DNA from: Bacteriovoracaceae bacterium
GTDB lineage: Bacteria > Bdellovibrionota > Bacteriovoracia > Bacteriovoracales > Bacteriovoracaceae
Length of the DNA: 56,546 nucleotides
Assembly: GCA_041586955.1 (NCBI GenBank)
Contig: JBFGZE010000011.1
Coordinates: forward strand, 1 to 56,546
Reading direction: 5' to 3'
The notes beneath the pieces were generated by a model. That model worked only from the letters and a program-made list of their open reading frames with translations. It searched no databases and was not told where the DNA came from. Of this stretch, positions 28,569 to 36,683 are shown piece by piece. Each line of letters begins with the position of its first letter. Within the stretch, counting starts at the first letter, position 1. Made by a program: the position numbers and the translations under genes.

Positions 28569-28701
28569 AAAACTATCGAATTAATTTCAATATGTTAGAG
28601 GAGTTAACCGCCTATTTATTGGGGCGCTGTCAAAAAAATATCCAGTGGACGAAATCATAAAATCGAGAGATGCTAAAGAAAAGCTTTTTAAAGGAGAACG
28701 T

Positions 28702-29358
28702 ATGGATTGGATTTTCATTGGCGATGTTCATGGTTGTCTCAATGAACTCAATCTTCTTTTAGAGCAAATGCATTTAACTGGCCGTGAAAAGTTTGTTTTT
28801 TTAGGCGATCTAATTAACAAAGGACCAGACTCTCTTGGCGTTTTATCACGGGTAAAGGAATTAGATGCTGTTTATTTAATGGGAAATCATGAGAGTGGCT
28901 TTCTTAAGTATATTGATAATCCTGGTGGCAAGAGAAGACGTCTTTTTGAACAATTGAAAGTACAATTAGGTGATTCTTTAGAGGAGTGGGTCTTTTGGAT
29001 GAGAACTTTCCTGCCTTATTATGAAACAGACGAGTTTATCGCCGTTCATGGGGGGCTTCACCCAGACCTTATTCCTAGCGAAACCGAAATTGATATCCTC
29101 ACTAATATTCGCACCTGGGATGGCCATGGAAGGGATATGAATAATATTGGGCATGAGCCTTGGTATGATCTTTATCGTGGTAAAAAAACTGTCATCTATG
29201 GACATTGGGCGGCCCAGGGTCTGACGATTAAAGGAAATACTTTTGGCCTGGACACAGGTTGTGTTTGGGGAGGCGCTCTCACTGCCATGCGTTGGTCAAC
29301 TAAAGAAGTCACACAAGTAAGTGCGCTTAAAACTTATATGGCCATTAATAATGAATAA
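28702..29358 (+). CDS. Metallophosphoesterase (ApaH/PrpE-like)
   Basis: GDVHG, GDLINKGP, GNHE, VHGG, GHW, LDTGCVWGG; AAGGAG RBS. Confidence 0.9.
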   Translation: MDWIFIGDVHGCLNELNLLLEQMHLTGREKFVFLGDLINKGPDSLGVLSRVKELDAVYLMGNHESGFLKYIDNPGGKRRRLFEQLKVQLGDSLEEWVFWMRTFLPYYETDEFIAVHGGLHPDLIPSETEIDILTNIRTWDGHGRDMNNIGHEPWYDLYRGKKTVIYGHWAAQGLTIKGNTFGLDTGCVWGGALTAMRWSTKEVTQVSALKTYMAINNE

Positions 29359-30148
29359 AAATATGGTCACCACGTACCTTAATTAGGCCTGTGCTGGAGT
29401 TTCGCAATTCTTTTAAAATAGTTTTTTTGACAGAAAGGAAGCTGGCCTTGGCCTTGCGAAGGTGGATATCGATGGTCTTGTTGTGAATATCGTGGTTGAT
29501 GGAGCCCCATGTTTTGACTTTAAGAGGAATTATTTTTTTAAACTTAAAAGTGCCGTAAAATTGGTGATTGGTTATTTGAAAGCGTATATCTTTGACTTGG
29601 TCAATACCCTCGATTCCGATGTTTTGGCCTAAACCCAATTGCGAAAAAACATTCCGCCATTCACCGGAAAGATTATTCTTTAAATCAATTTCATCGATTA
29701 TTAAATGGCCCTTTTTGATGCATTTTTCTAAAGGGAGAGAGCTATCACCATGACAAGAGAGGTTAAAATGAGGAAATTGATAATTGTTACTCTTGGTTTG
29801 CAATTCAAAATAGTTAAATGATGTTTCAAACCTACCCTGATCCTCCCATAACAGATTGAAGCTTTCAGCTAGGAAACCTTCAATCGCTAGTAAAGGTGCT
29901 GGGATCTCTTTAAATATGATGCTCTGGCCGGAAAACTCTATCTGGTAACGATTTTCCTCTTTTTGCAAGGAGAATTGGATTGCTTTGCCCTTATGGCCAA
30001 TTTGGTCACTGTGGAAGATAAGTTCATCAATCTTGGCATCTCCAGCATTATCATGAAATTGGCCATTCAAATTAGACATTTTAAACTGGAGTCCGTAAAT
30101 GATTGATGGAATAATGAATAGGGCAATGGTAATAAATTGATGTTTCAT
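29345..30148 (-). CDS. Hypothetical secreted protein
   Basis: Signal peptide, beta-rich; AAGGA RBS. Confidence 0.7.
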   Translation of the reverse strand: MKHQFITIALFIIPSIIYGLQFKMSNLNGQFHDNAGDAKIDELIFHSDQIGHKGKAIQFSLQKEENRYQIEFSGQSIIFKEIPAPLLAIEGFLAESFNLLWEDQGRFETSFNYFELQTKSNNYQFPHFNLSCHGDSSLPLEKCIKKGHLIIDEIDLKNNLSGEWRNVFSQLGLGQNIGIEGIDQVKDIRFQITNHQFYGTFKFKKIIPLKVKTWGSINHDIHNKTIDIHLRKAKASFLSVKKTILKELRNSSTGLIKVRGDHIFIHY

Positions 30149-30153
30149 AAAAA

Positions 30154-30678
30154 ATGTCCTTTTTATTAACATCGGGTGGAGAGAGGGCCGAGATGAACGA
30201 TATAAGTGGTATTAGGGTTTTAGGGAAATTTGTTCGACTCATTGTAGTAGCGAATCTCTCTAGTCAGCTTCATGCCATGTGTGCTTTTAAGCATAATCCT
30301 CCCATCGTTTGTATGAAGGGGAAAATAATCAAGAAAATAAAGCTTAAGGATAAGGGGAAGATTCTCTGTCAAGGACAAATGCTTGTTTCCTCAATGACGA
30401 GACCGGCGAATACTTACGCTTATAATGATAACCTGGATTTAGTAACGCATGAGAAAACTCAGGCATTGCCTTTTGATAAAAAGAAGGAGCAGGTTGTGTA
30501 TTTTTCTGGAATGAATTGTTCTGACATTCGCTTAGGAGCAATGGAAGGCGCCTTTGAGTATAGCTGTAGTGATAAGTATGCCAAAATCCCTGACCACTCT
30601 TTGGTTTATACAGGTAAGAAGCAGGGAAAATTTATGGATCCCTGGAAGCGACAATATTTTAAGTTGCGGTGTGATTAG
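30154..30678 (+). CDS. Hypothetical Cys-containing protein (true start probably downstream)
   Basis: Open frame with six Cys after a possible signal peptide. Confidence 0.6.
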   Translation: MSFLLTSGGERAEMNDISGIRVLGKFVRLIVVANLSSQLHAMCAFKHNPPIVCMKGKIIKKIKLKDKGKILCQGQMLVSSMTRPANTYAYNDNLDLVTHEKTQALPFDKKKEQVVYFSGMNCSDIRLGAMEGAFEYSCSDKYAKIPDHSLVYTGKKQGKFMDPWKRQYFKLRCD

Positions 30679-30730
30679 ATAATAATGTCCTAAAGTAATT
30701 GAGAAAAAATAAAAAGACCTAGGGGGAGCG

Positions 30731-31108
30731 ATGTCCGATAAAAAAGTCATCTTATGTGTCGATGATGAAGCCGATATTCTCGATCTATTTTGTGAAGAGT
30801 TTCTTGATCATGGTTTTGACGTCTTAAAAGCAGAGAATGGTATCCTGGGGGTTGAAGTTTTTAATGCAAATAAGGTTGACTGCATTGTGACAGATATTCG
30901 CATGCCAGCAGGTGACGGTGTTGACATGGTTAAAAAGCTTAAGGAAAAAGGAGTTGATGTTCCCATTTTTCTTGTGACGGGCTTTTCAGACTATTCCACC
31001 GAAGAATTATATGGACTTGGAGTCAATGCCATTATTTTTAAGCCATTTGATATGGATGAAATAGTGGATATGGTTAAAGCTCACCTCGACCGACAAGAAT
31101 CTTCCTAG
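30731..31108 (+). CDS. Single-domain response regulator
   Basis: VDDE, TDIRMP, VTG, KPF. Confidence 0.93.
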   Translation: MSDKKVILCVDDEADILDLFCEEFLDHGFDVLKAENGILGVEVFNANKVDCIVTDIRMPAGDGVDMVKKLKEKGVDVPIFLVTGFSDYSTEELYGLGVNAIIFKPFDMDEIVDMVKAHLDRQESS

Positions 31109-31117
31109 GACAAACTC

Positions 31118-31780
31118 TTAAATCAATTCTTTTATTTTTTTTACAAGTCCGTGAATACCTTCATAGATTTCGCTTAAGCTCGCTTCATCGTACATATAGG
31201 CGGGAGTGGACAATATATTAAGTTTCTGGTCATGATGAAACTCCGAAGCCTCTTTATTAAAATGCTTGGCCCCAGTTTTTTCAATTTCTTGAGCGGTCTT
31301 AATATCTTTGCCTATTGTGACTTCGACTCCTAGGTTTCCAAATGTCAGTGCGATAAGGGCGGGAGCGATACAAATTGCTCCAATTGGCCTATTCTTTTGA
31401 TGAAATTGATGGAGGATTTTCCCTATCATAGGAATGACAGCTCCTTGTGCTCCCTTAAATGCAAAATTGCATAAGCTTTTGGCGACACCATTACCACCAG
31501 GCAAAATAATTGCAGCATATTGCTCGGGATCGAGTTCTGTCAGGGGGGAGATCTTTCCCCGCGCAATTCGCGCTGATTCGGCCAAAATATTGCGTTCATA
31601 TTTGCTTTCATTTTTAGTAAGGTGGTTAATGTGGTCGTTCTGATTTTGGTCGGGGGCGAAAATCTCATAGGAAATCTTTTCGGTATCAAGAGAAAGGAGA
31701 GTTAAAACAGATTCTCGGATCTCAGCTCCATCAAGATAACCACACCCTGATAAAATGATAGCGACCTTTTTTTGAGTCAT
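31118..31780 (-). CDS. elbB: ElbB-type glyoxalase (DJ-1/PfpI family)
   Basis: ILSGCGYLDGAEIRE, ESARIARG, PGG.G.AK.L, ICIAP, STPAYM. Confidence 0.92.
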   Translation of the reverse strand: MTQKKVAIILSGCGYLDGAEIRESVLTLLSLDTEKISYEIFAPDQNQNDHINHLTKNESKYERNILAESARIARGKISPLTELDPEQYAAIILPGGNGVAKSLCNFAFKGAQGAVIPMIGKILHQFHQKNRPIGAICIAPALIALTFGNLGVEVTIGKDIKTAQEIEKTGAKHFNKEASEFHHDQKLNILSTPAYMYDEASLSEIYEGIHGLVKKIKELI

Positions 31781-31781
31781 T

Positions 31782-32399
31782 TTATTTCTCCTTTTTTGTA
31801 AACAGCAAATCATAACATATTTGGCCTCTCTCCAAGTATTTTTTCTCAAAGTGAGTGCGTGGCGAAAAGTGGAGTGGTGTAATGGTTTGACTATTACAGT
31901 TAAGGTCCCAGACTTCTCTCATAAAGGCCGTGCATTCTTCCGCATAGAAAACCTCATTAGTCGCAATCATTAATTGGCCATTATTTTTAAGACGATCGAG
32001 CAGGAAGCCCATAAAGGGCATGGCGTGCCATCGTAATGCCCTATTTTTAGGGTTGGGATTGGGGTAAAGTAAAAAGATACGATCAAGTGACTTCTCAGGT
32101 ACATAATGGGCAACCCATGAAATACCATTCGCATGAATAGGTAATAAATTGGTCAATTGATGGTTGTTGACACGTCCTTGAAAACTGTTAAATTTCGTTT
32201 TGGTATGCTCAATTGCCATTAAAAAGCGGTTAGGATTTTGTTGGCAATATTGAATAGGATGCAGACCGACGCCACAGCCAATTTCTAAATCTAAAAGAGG
32301 TTTACTGCCCGGCCAAGGAGGACACTCTGGGCCTGGATGAGGTAGAAGATCTGCTTGAAAGTTGCGCCTGGCAACGTGAAAAGGGTAGTCAATTTTCAT
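31782..32399 (-). CDS. trmB: tRNA (guanine-N7)-methyltransferase-like SAM methyltransferase
   Basis: LEIGCGVG, LYPNPNPK, ATNE, THFEKKY. Confidence 0.8.
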   Translation of the reverse strand: MKIDYPFHVARRNFQADLLPHPGPECPPWPGSKPLLDLEIGCGVGLHPIQYCQQNPNRFLMAIEHTKTKFNSFQGRVNNHQLTNLLPIHANGISWVAHYVPEKSLDRIFLLYPNPNPKNRALRWHAMPFMGFLLDRLKNNGQLMIATNEVFYAEECTAFMREVWDLNCNSQTITPLHFSPRTHFEKKYLERGQICYDLLFTKKEK

Positions 32400-32405
32400 G
32401 GTGAA

Positions 32406-32434
32406 ATTATGGTTGTAAAAATAAAACTAGGCAA
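32406..32434 (-). promoter_or_regulatory. Sigma70-like promoter of trmB (leaderless geometry)
   Basis: TTGCCT-N17-CATAAT-N6-ATG. Confidence 0.65.
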
Positions 32435-32511
32435 GGATTAGCGAGTCACTTTCATACGTTTTGAATATAGTTTCCTTTTTTCGTGGCATGATGTGATTTA
32501 TTTTTATCGGG

Positions 32512-33159
32512 TTAGTCACGCCAGAAATCTTCATGATATTGAAAACGACACGCTGATTTAACCCTTTGTAGGTATTGATGGATCTGTGGCGGGAATTGAA
32601 ACTCAGGGAATATGTAGAGACCCCATAAGTGAGAGGCCAACATAATATCAAGAATAGTTAACTTGTCTTTTAAATAAAAGGGCATTAAATTTTTTTGAAT
32701 ACGCACCAGAATAGGGGCCAGATTTTTAAGGTGCTCTTGTTTATTCTGAATCAGCAGGTGAAAAGGACCACGCTTTTTCTCCTTTTTTTCTTGAAAGTAG
32801 CGGCGTGATTTTTCATCAAATTCTTTAGTATAAATCCAATAAGGCATACAGAGATTATGAACTGGTTTACCTATCTCATTCAATAAGTTATCCATATGGA
32901 GTGAGATATCTTCTTGATCTAAAAGATCCATTTGGAGCTGATTTGTTTGATCTAATTTTTTAATAATATCTAATGACTCAATCATATTTTGGCCATTGTC
33001 AAATTGCATAATAGGCAACATCTTGACTTGGCATAAATCGATAGGAGTTTTTTCGTCATCATAGGGAAGAACAATCGAATCGTAGGGGATATTGAGAAGG
33101 CCTAAGGCCATACGCACGCGCACGCAAAAGGGACAGTGGACATAATGGAAAAGTTTCAT
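32512..33159 (-). CDS. grxB: Glutaredoxin 2
   Basis: MKLFHYVHCPFCVRVRM, YDDEKTP, ESLDII; 215 aa from ATG 33159. Confidence 0.88.
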   Translation of the reverse strand: MKLFHYVHCPFCVRVRMALGLLNIPYDSIVLPYDDEKTPIDLCQVKMLPIMQFDNGQNMIESLDIIKKLDQTNQLQMDLLDQEDISLHMDNLLNEIGKPVHNLCMPYWIYTKEFDEKSRRYFQEKKEKKRGPFHLLIQNKQEHLKNLAPILVRIQKNLMPFYLKDKLTILDIMLASHLWGLYIFPEFQFPPQIHQYLQRVKSACRFQYHEDFWRD

Positions 33160-33165
33160 GAGGGC

Positions 33166-33194
33166 ATCATAATGAAAATAAATTGGGCGCACAA
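33166..33194 (-). promoter_or_regulatory. Sigma70-like promoter of grxB (leaderless geometry)
   Basis: TTGTGC-N17-TATGAT-N6-ATG. Confidence 0.65.
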
Positions 33195-33440
33195 GGATTA
33201 TAATCCAGTTAACTGCTTGATTTTTCATCAAGACAATCTTTACCCTTAAATAGGGTAGAGTACTACAAAGTTTAAGTTTGATTTGCACCATCGCAGATAT
33301 CTCCTAGGTAACGTCAAAAAAATGACCTTTTAAAAGCGGTAAGAGAAGGGTCAGCTAGAGGGATTTCTCGTGCTCAATGGGGTTAATTGATTTCATTCTC
33401 ACACAAGTTTGATAAAATAAAATTATTCTAGGAGGGTGAT

Positions 33441-35372
33441 GTGAGTTGGAATTTAATCGGAAAGGATCGCCGGTTTTGGCCATTGTTTTGGACTCAATTT
33501 TTTGGTGCACTCAATGATAACGTCTTTAAAAATGCTTTAATAATCATAATTACCTATAAGGCCATTGTGTTGGCCGGTTTGGACTCAAAATTATTAGTGC
33601 CTTTGGCCGGAGGGGTATTTATTTTTCCCTTTTTTATTTTCAGCGCAACGGCAGGGCAGATCGCCGATCGCTTCGAAAAATCGACTGTTATTCGCATGAC
33701 TAAGGTGACCGAACTGATTTTTATGGTGCTGGCCTCCTTGGGGTTTTATCTTAATAATTTTTATCTCTTAATGGCGGTGCTCTTTTTTATGGGGGCACAA
33801 TCTGCTTTTTTTGGACCCCTTAAATATGGCATTATCCCAGTCCTTCTCAAAGAAGAGGAACTTACCCAGGCGAACGCTTTCGTCACAGCAGGCACTTTCA
33901 TTGCGATTTTATTGGGTACTATCATTGGAGGGGGAGTCGCCAGCTCCGGCGATATTTATTACCTCATCATCGTGGCAATTATCGGCTTTTCTCTTTTAGG
34001 TCTTTGTTGTTCCTTTTTTATAGAAAAGACTAAAAGTGGTACTAAAGAAGTAGAGGTACAATATAACCTTATTGCCTCAACCTGGAAAATCTTATCTAAG
34101 TCTACTAAAAACAAAGTTGCTATAAAGTTAATTCTTGGGATCTCCTGGTTTTGGTTTTTAGGTGCCGCCATCTTGTCCCTTTTGCCCCATTTTTGTAAAG
34201 ATGTACTCGGTGGAGATGGAACAGTGACAACCGTTTTTCTCGCTATTTTTACGATTGGAATGGGTCTTGGTTCCTTTTTTTCCAATAAGCTTTCAACAGA
34301 AGGTCCGGAAATGGGTTTACCGGCGATATCGGCCCTTTTGATGTCGATTTTTCTTTTTGATTTGGCGTTTTTAGGAACTATGGGTTCTCATCATGAGGGA
34401 GAATTGCTCAATCTGTGGCAATTGGCCGGTCGTTTTATAATGTGGCGAGGCGCCTTTGATTTATTAATTGTTTCGATATTAGGTGGGATGTATATAGTTC
34501 CGCAAATGACTCAATTGCAAATTTCCATGCCACGAGCAGAACTATCTCGTTATATTGCCGCTAATAATATTTGGAATGCCTTATTCATGGTTTCTGCTGC
34601 AGTGATGCTAATGGTTCTTGCTCCTTGGGGAATTGGCACATCATTTTTGGTCTTGGCCGGGTTGAGCTTTTTGGCCTCTCTTCTCCTTTACGCCCGTTAT
34701 TCTGTTTTTTCGATTCGTTTATGGATGAAGTTGATATCAAACATTATTTACCGTGTGGAGGTGAAGGGACTCGAAAATTTACCAAAAAATGGTCCCTATA
34801 TAATTGCCGCTAATCATGTCAGTTTTATCGATTGGCTTATCTTGATGGGGGCCTTACCTCATCCTGTGCGTTTTGTGATTGATTGGACTTATTATTACGC
34901 TCCTATGGGGCCTTTCTGGTTTGATCAAGCGGGTCTCGTCCCGATTGCAACGCGGAAAGAAAGTGAAGAGGTTTTGGTTAAGGCCTTCGAGCATATATCA
35001 GAGGTGATTGAAAATGGTGATGTTTTAGGTATTTTTCCAGAGGGATGGCTTACTCGTGATGGTAAAATGAGACGCTTTCAACCTGGTATTCTAAAAATTC
35101 TTAAAAAAGATCCGGTTCCTGTCAATATCATTGCGATTAATGGTTTATGGGGATCAACATTCTCATTTAAAGGCGGGAGAGTTTTAATGAAGTTTCCGCG
35201 GCGATTTCGCGCTAAAATTACCTTAACTATTTCACCTCCCATTTCTCCTGGAGAATATTGTAATCAAAAGGCACAAGACTTTATTCGCCAGCATGTGGAC
35301 CATTATGAAGACCCAAAAGAAAAGTTTCGGCCAAAAGAGAGGAGTGATGAAACAAAAAGCAATACTCATTGA
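33441..35372 (+). CDS. MFS (LplT-like) transporter fused to a PlsC-type acyltransferase
   Basis: TQFFGALNDN.FK, AGQIADRF, FFGPLKY; acyltransferase motifs NHVSFID and FPEG. Confidence 0.92.
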   Translation: MSWNLIGKDRRFWPLFWTQFFGALNDNVFKNALIIIITYKAIVLAGLDSKLLVPLAGGVFIFPFFIFSATAGQIADRFEKSTVIRMTKVTELIFMVLASLGFYLNNFYLLMAVLFFMGAQSAFFGPLKYGIIPVLLKEEELTQANAFVTAGTFIAILLGTIIGGGVASSGDIYYLIIVAIIGFSLLGLCCSFFIEKTKSGTKEVEVQYNLIASTWKILSKSTKNKVAIKLILGISWFWFLGAAILSLLPHFCKDVLGGDGTVTTVFLAIFTIGMGLGSFFSNKLSTEGPEMGLPAISALLMSIFLFDLAFLGTMGSHHEGELLNLWQLAGRFIMWRGAFDLLIVSILGGMYIVPQMTQLQISMPRAELSRYIAANNIWNALFMVSAAVMLMVLAPWGIGTSFLVLAGLSFLASLLLYARYSVFSIRLWMKLISNIIYRVEVKGLENLPKNGPYIIAANHVSFIDWLILMGALPHPVRFVIDWTYYYAPMGPFWFDQAGLVPIATRKESEEVLVKAFEHISEVIENGDVLGIFPEGWLTRDGKMRRFQPGILKILKKDPVPVNIIAINGLWGSTFSFKGGRVLMKFPRRFRAKITLTISPPISPGEYCNQKAQDFIRQHVDHYEDPKEKFRPKERSDETKSNTH

Positions 35373-35790
35373 TTTAGATGGGACTTTATGTGATGTTTCT
35401 CATCGTTTATCCCATATCGAAAAAAAACCTAAAGATTGGGATGCCTTTCACCGCTCTTGCTTAAATGATAAGCTTAATATCTGGTGTGCTGAAATTATTA
35501 AAAAGTTTAAAATGGATGGGCTCGCTATTCTTTTAATTACTGGTCGTGATGACACTTATGAGAGTGAAACACGAACTTGGCTGAAAACTAACGAGGTTCC
35601 TTTTGATCAACTCTTTATGAGACCAATAGGCAATCGTCTTTCTGATGAGGTATTAAAGGCCGGGATTTATCGTGATTTTATTCAAGAAGATTATAATATT
35701 TTATTTGTTGTAGAAGATCGCTTAAGAGTGGTGCGTATGTGGCGCGATCTAGGACTCGTTTGTCTGCAATGCGATTGGGGAGATTTTTAA
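35347..35790 (+). CDS. HAD phosphatase resembling the polynucleotide kinase 3'-phosphatase domain
   Basis: DLDGTL, ITGR, LFMR, VEDR..VV.MWR..GL.CLQ...GDF. Confidence 0.85.
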   Translation: MKQKAILIDLDGTLCDVSHRLSHIEKKPKDWDAFHRSCLNDKLNIWCAEIIKKFKMDGLAILLITGRDDTYESETRTWLKTNEVPFDQLFMRPIGNRLSDEVLKAGIYRDFIQEDYNILFVVEDRLRVVRMWRDLGLVCLQCDWGDF

Positions 35791-36479
35791 TGAGATCGAT
35801 TATTATATGGGCCATTTTGATTGCTACTTTAAATTCATGTTTAAAGAATCCTGAGTCAGAGGACGAAGCTATTAACCGTCGTGATGAGTACCAAAAACAA
35901 AAAGTCCCCTTAATAGGTTCATGGAGAACGAGGTTAACGAGTTTTCAAGAACTGGAAGTAGAAGAGCTTTATCACTTAGAAGAATTATGTGGAGTTATGG
36001 CCAACCGCCGCGAAACAATTGAGCTAGGAGAAGGTGGAGTATCGACTTGGGAAGGCTCTTATATGACTTGTGATGGTGTTTTAAGTCCTAAGAAAATGAT
36101 CACGGCAAAGTGGCGAAAAAGAAAAAATAAGTGGATTTTTAAAGGAAAAAAAAGAGGGCTTTATAAAAATGTTCTTCTCGATAATCAGGCGCCCTTTTCA
36201 ATACTCTGTGATTTGCGGCAGAATGGGGCCTTTTATAAAAATAATAAAGCATTTCTTTTTTCCATTGAGAAAGACGACGGGATTTTTACTTTACAATATG
36301 CCCACTTTAACCGTTTGAATGACCAATATCATGCTTCCCAGGTTCATCAGGTGATGGTTAGTGAACACTTTAATCAGGGAGATCTTGATTTGACCCGGGT
36401 TAGATATCGGCAATGTCCTTTACAAGGAAAAACACAAGTGAGGGCCCAAGTTCTAAAAAAATGGGTAGATGGAATTTAA
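35790..36479 (+). CDS. Hypothetical lipoprotein
   Basis: Lipobox LNSC; TAATG coupling with the upstream gene. Confidence 0.7.
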   Translation: MRSIIIWAILIATLNSCLKNPESEDEAINRRDEYQKQKVPLIGSWRTRLTSFQELEVEELYHLEELCGVMANRRETIELGEGGVSTWEGSYMTCDGVLSPKKMITAKWRKRKNKWIFKGKKRGLYKNVLLDNQAPFSILCDLRQNGAFYKNNKAFLFSIEKDDGIFTLQYAHFNRLNDQYHASQVHQVMVSEHFNQGDLDLTRVRYRQCPLQGKTQVRAQVLKKWVDGI

Positions 36480-36568
36480 AAAAGAAAAACCCAAAGCCCA
36501 AAGGTTAAGATGAGGATGAGGATTGGCAACGACTTCCATAAATATAATTCTTTTTGATGTGGTCCCAT
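36476..36568 (-). CDS. Small 30-aa single-TM protein (not in the ORF track)
   Basis: AGAGG RBS; MGPHQKELYLWKSLPILILILTFGLWVFFF. Confidence 0.5.
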   Translation of the reverse strand: MGPHQKELYLWKSLPILILILTFGLWVFLF

Positions 36569-36615
36569 AAAAACCTCTTTATTTAATTTATCCTCTAATA
36601 AGCAAATAAAAGGCC

Positions 36616-36641
36616 AAAAAAATGGGGGCAAAATGCCCCCA
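36616..36641 (-). terminator. Intrinsic terminator of the transketolase gene
   Basis: TGGGGGCA-AAA-TGCCCCCA plus a 7-T run on the minus strand. Confidence 0.85.
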
Positions 36642-36683
36642 AGTAGTTAAATGTGAAAATCATAAATATTTGGAATGAGTTAC

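Noticed and set aside
33160..33291. 44-aa N-terminal extension of grxB in the ORF track
   Set aside because: GrxB homology begins at MKLFHY (33159), and a promoter lies inside the extension. An upstream AGGAG exists, so it is not fully excluded.
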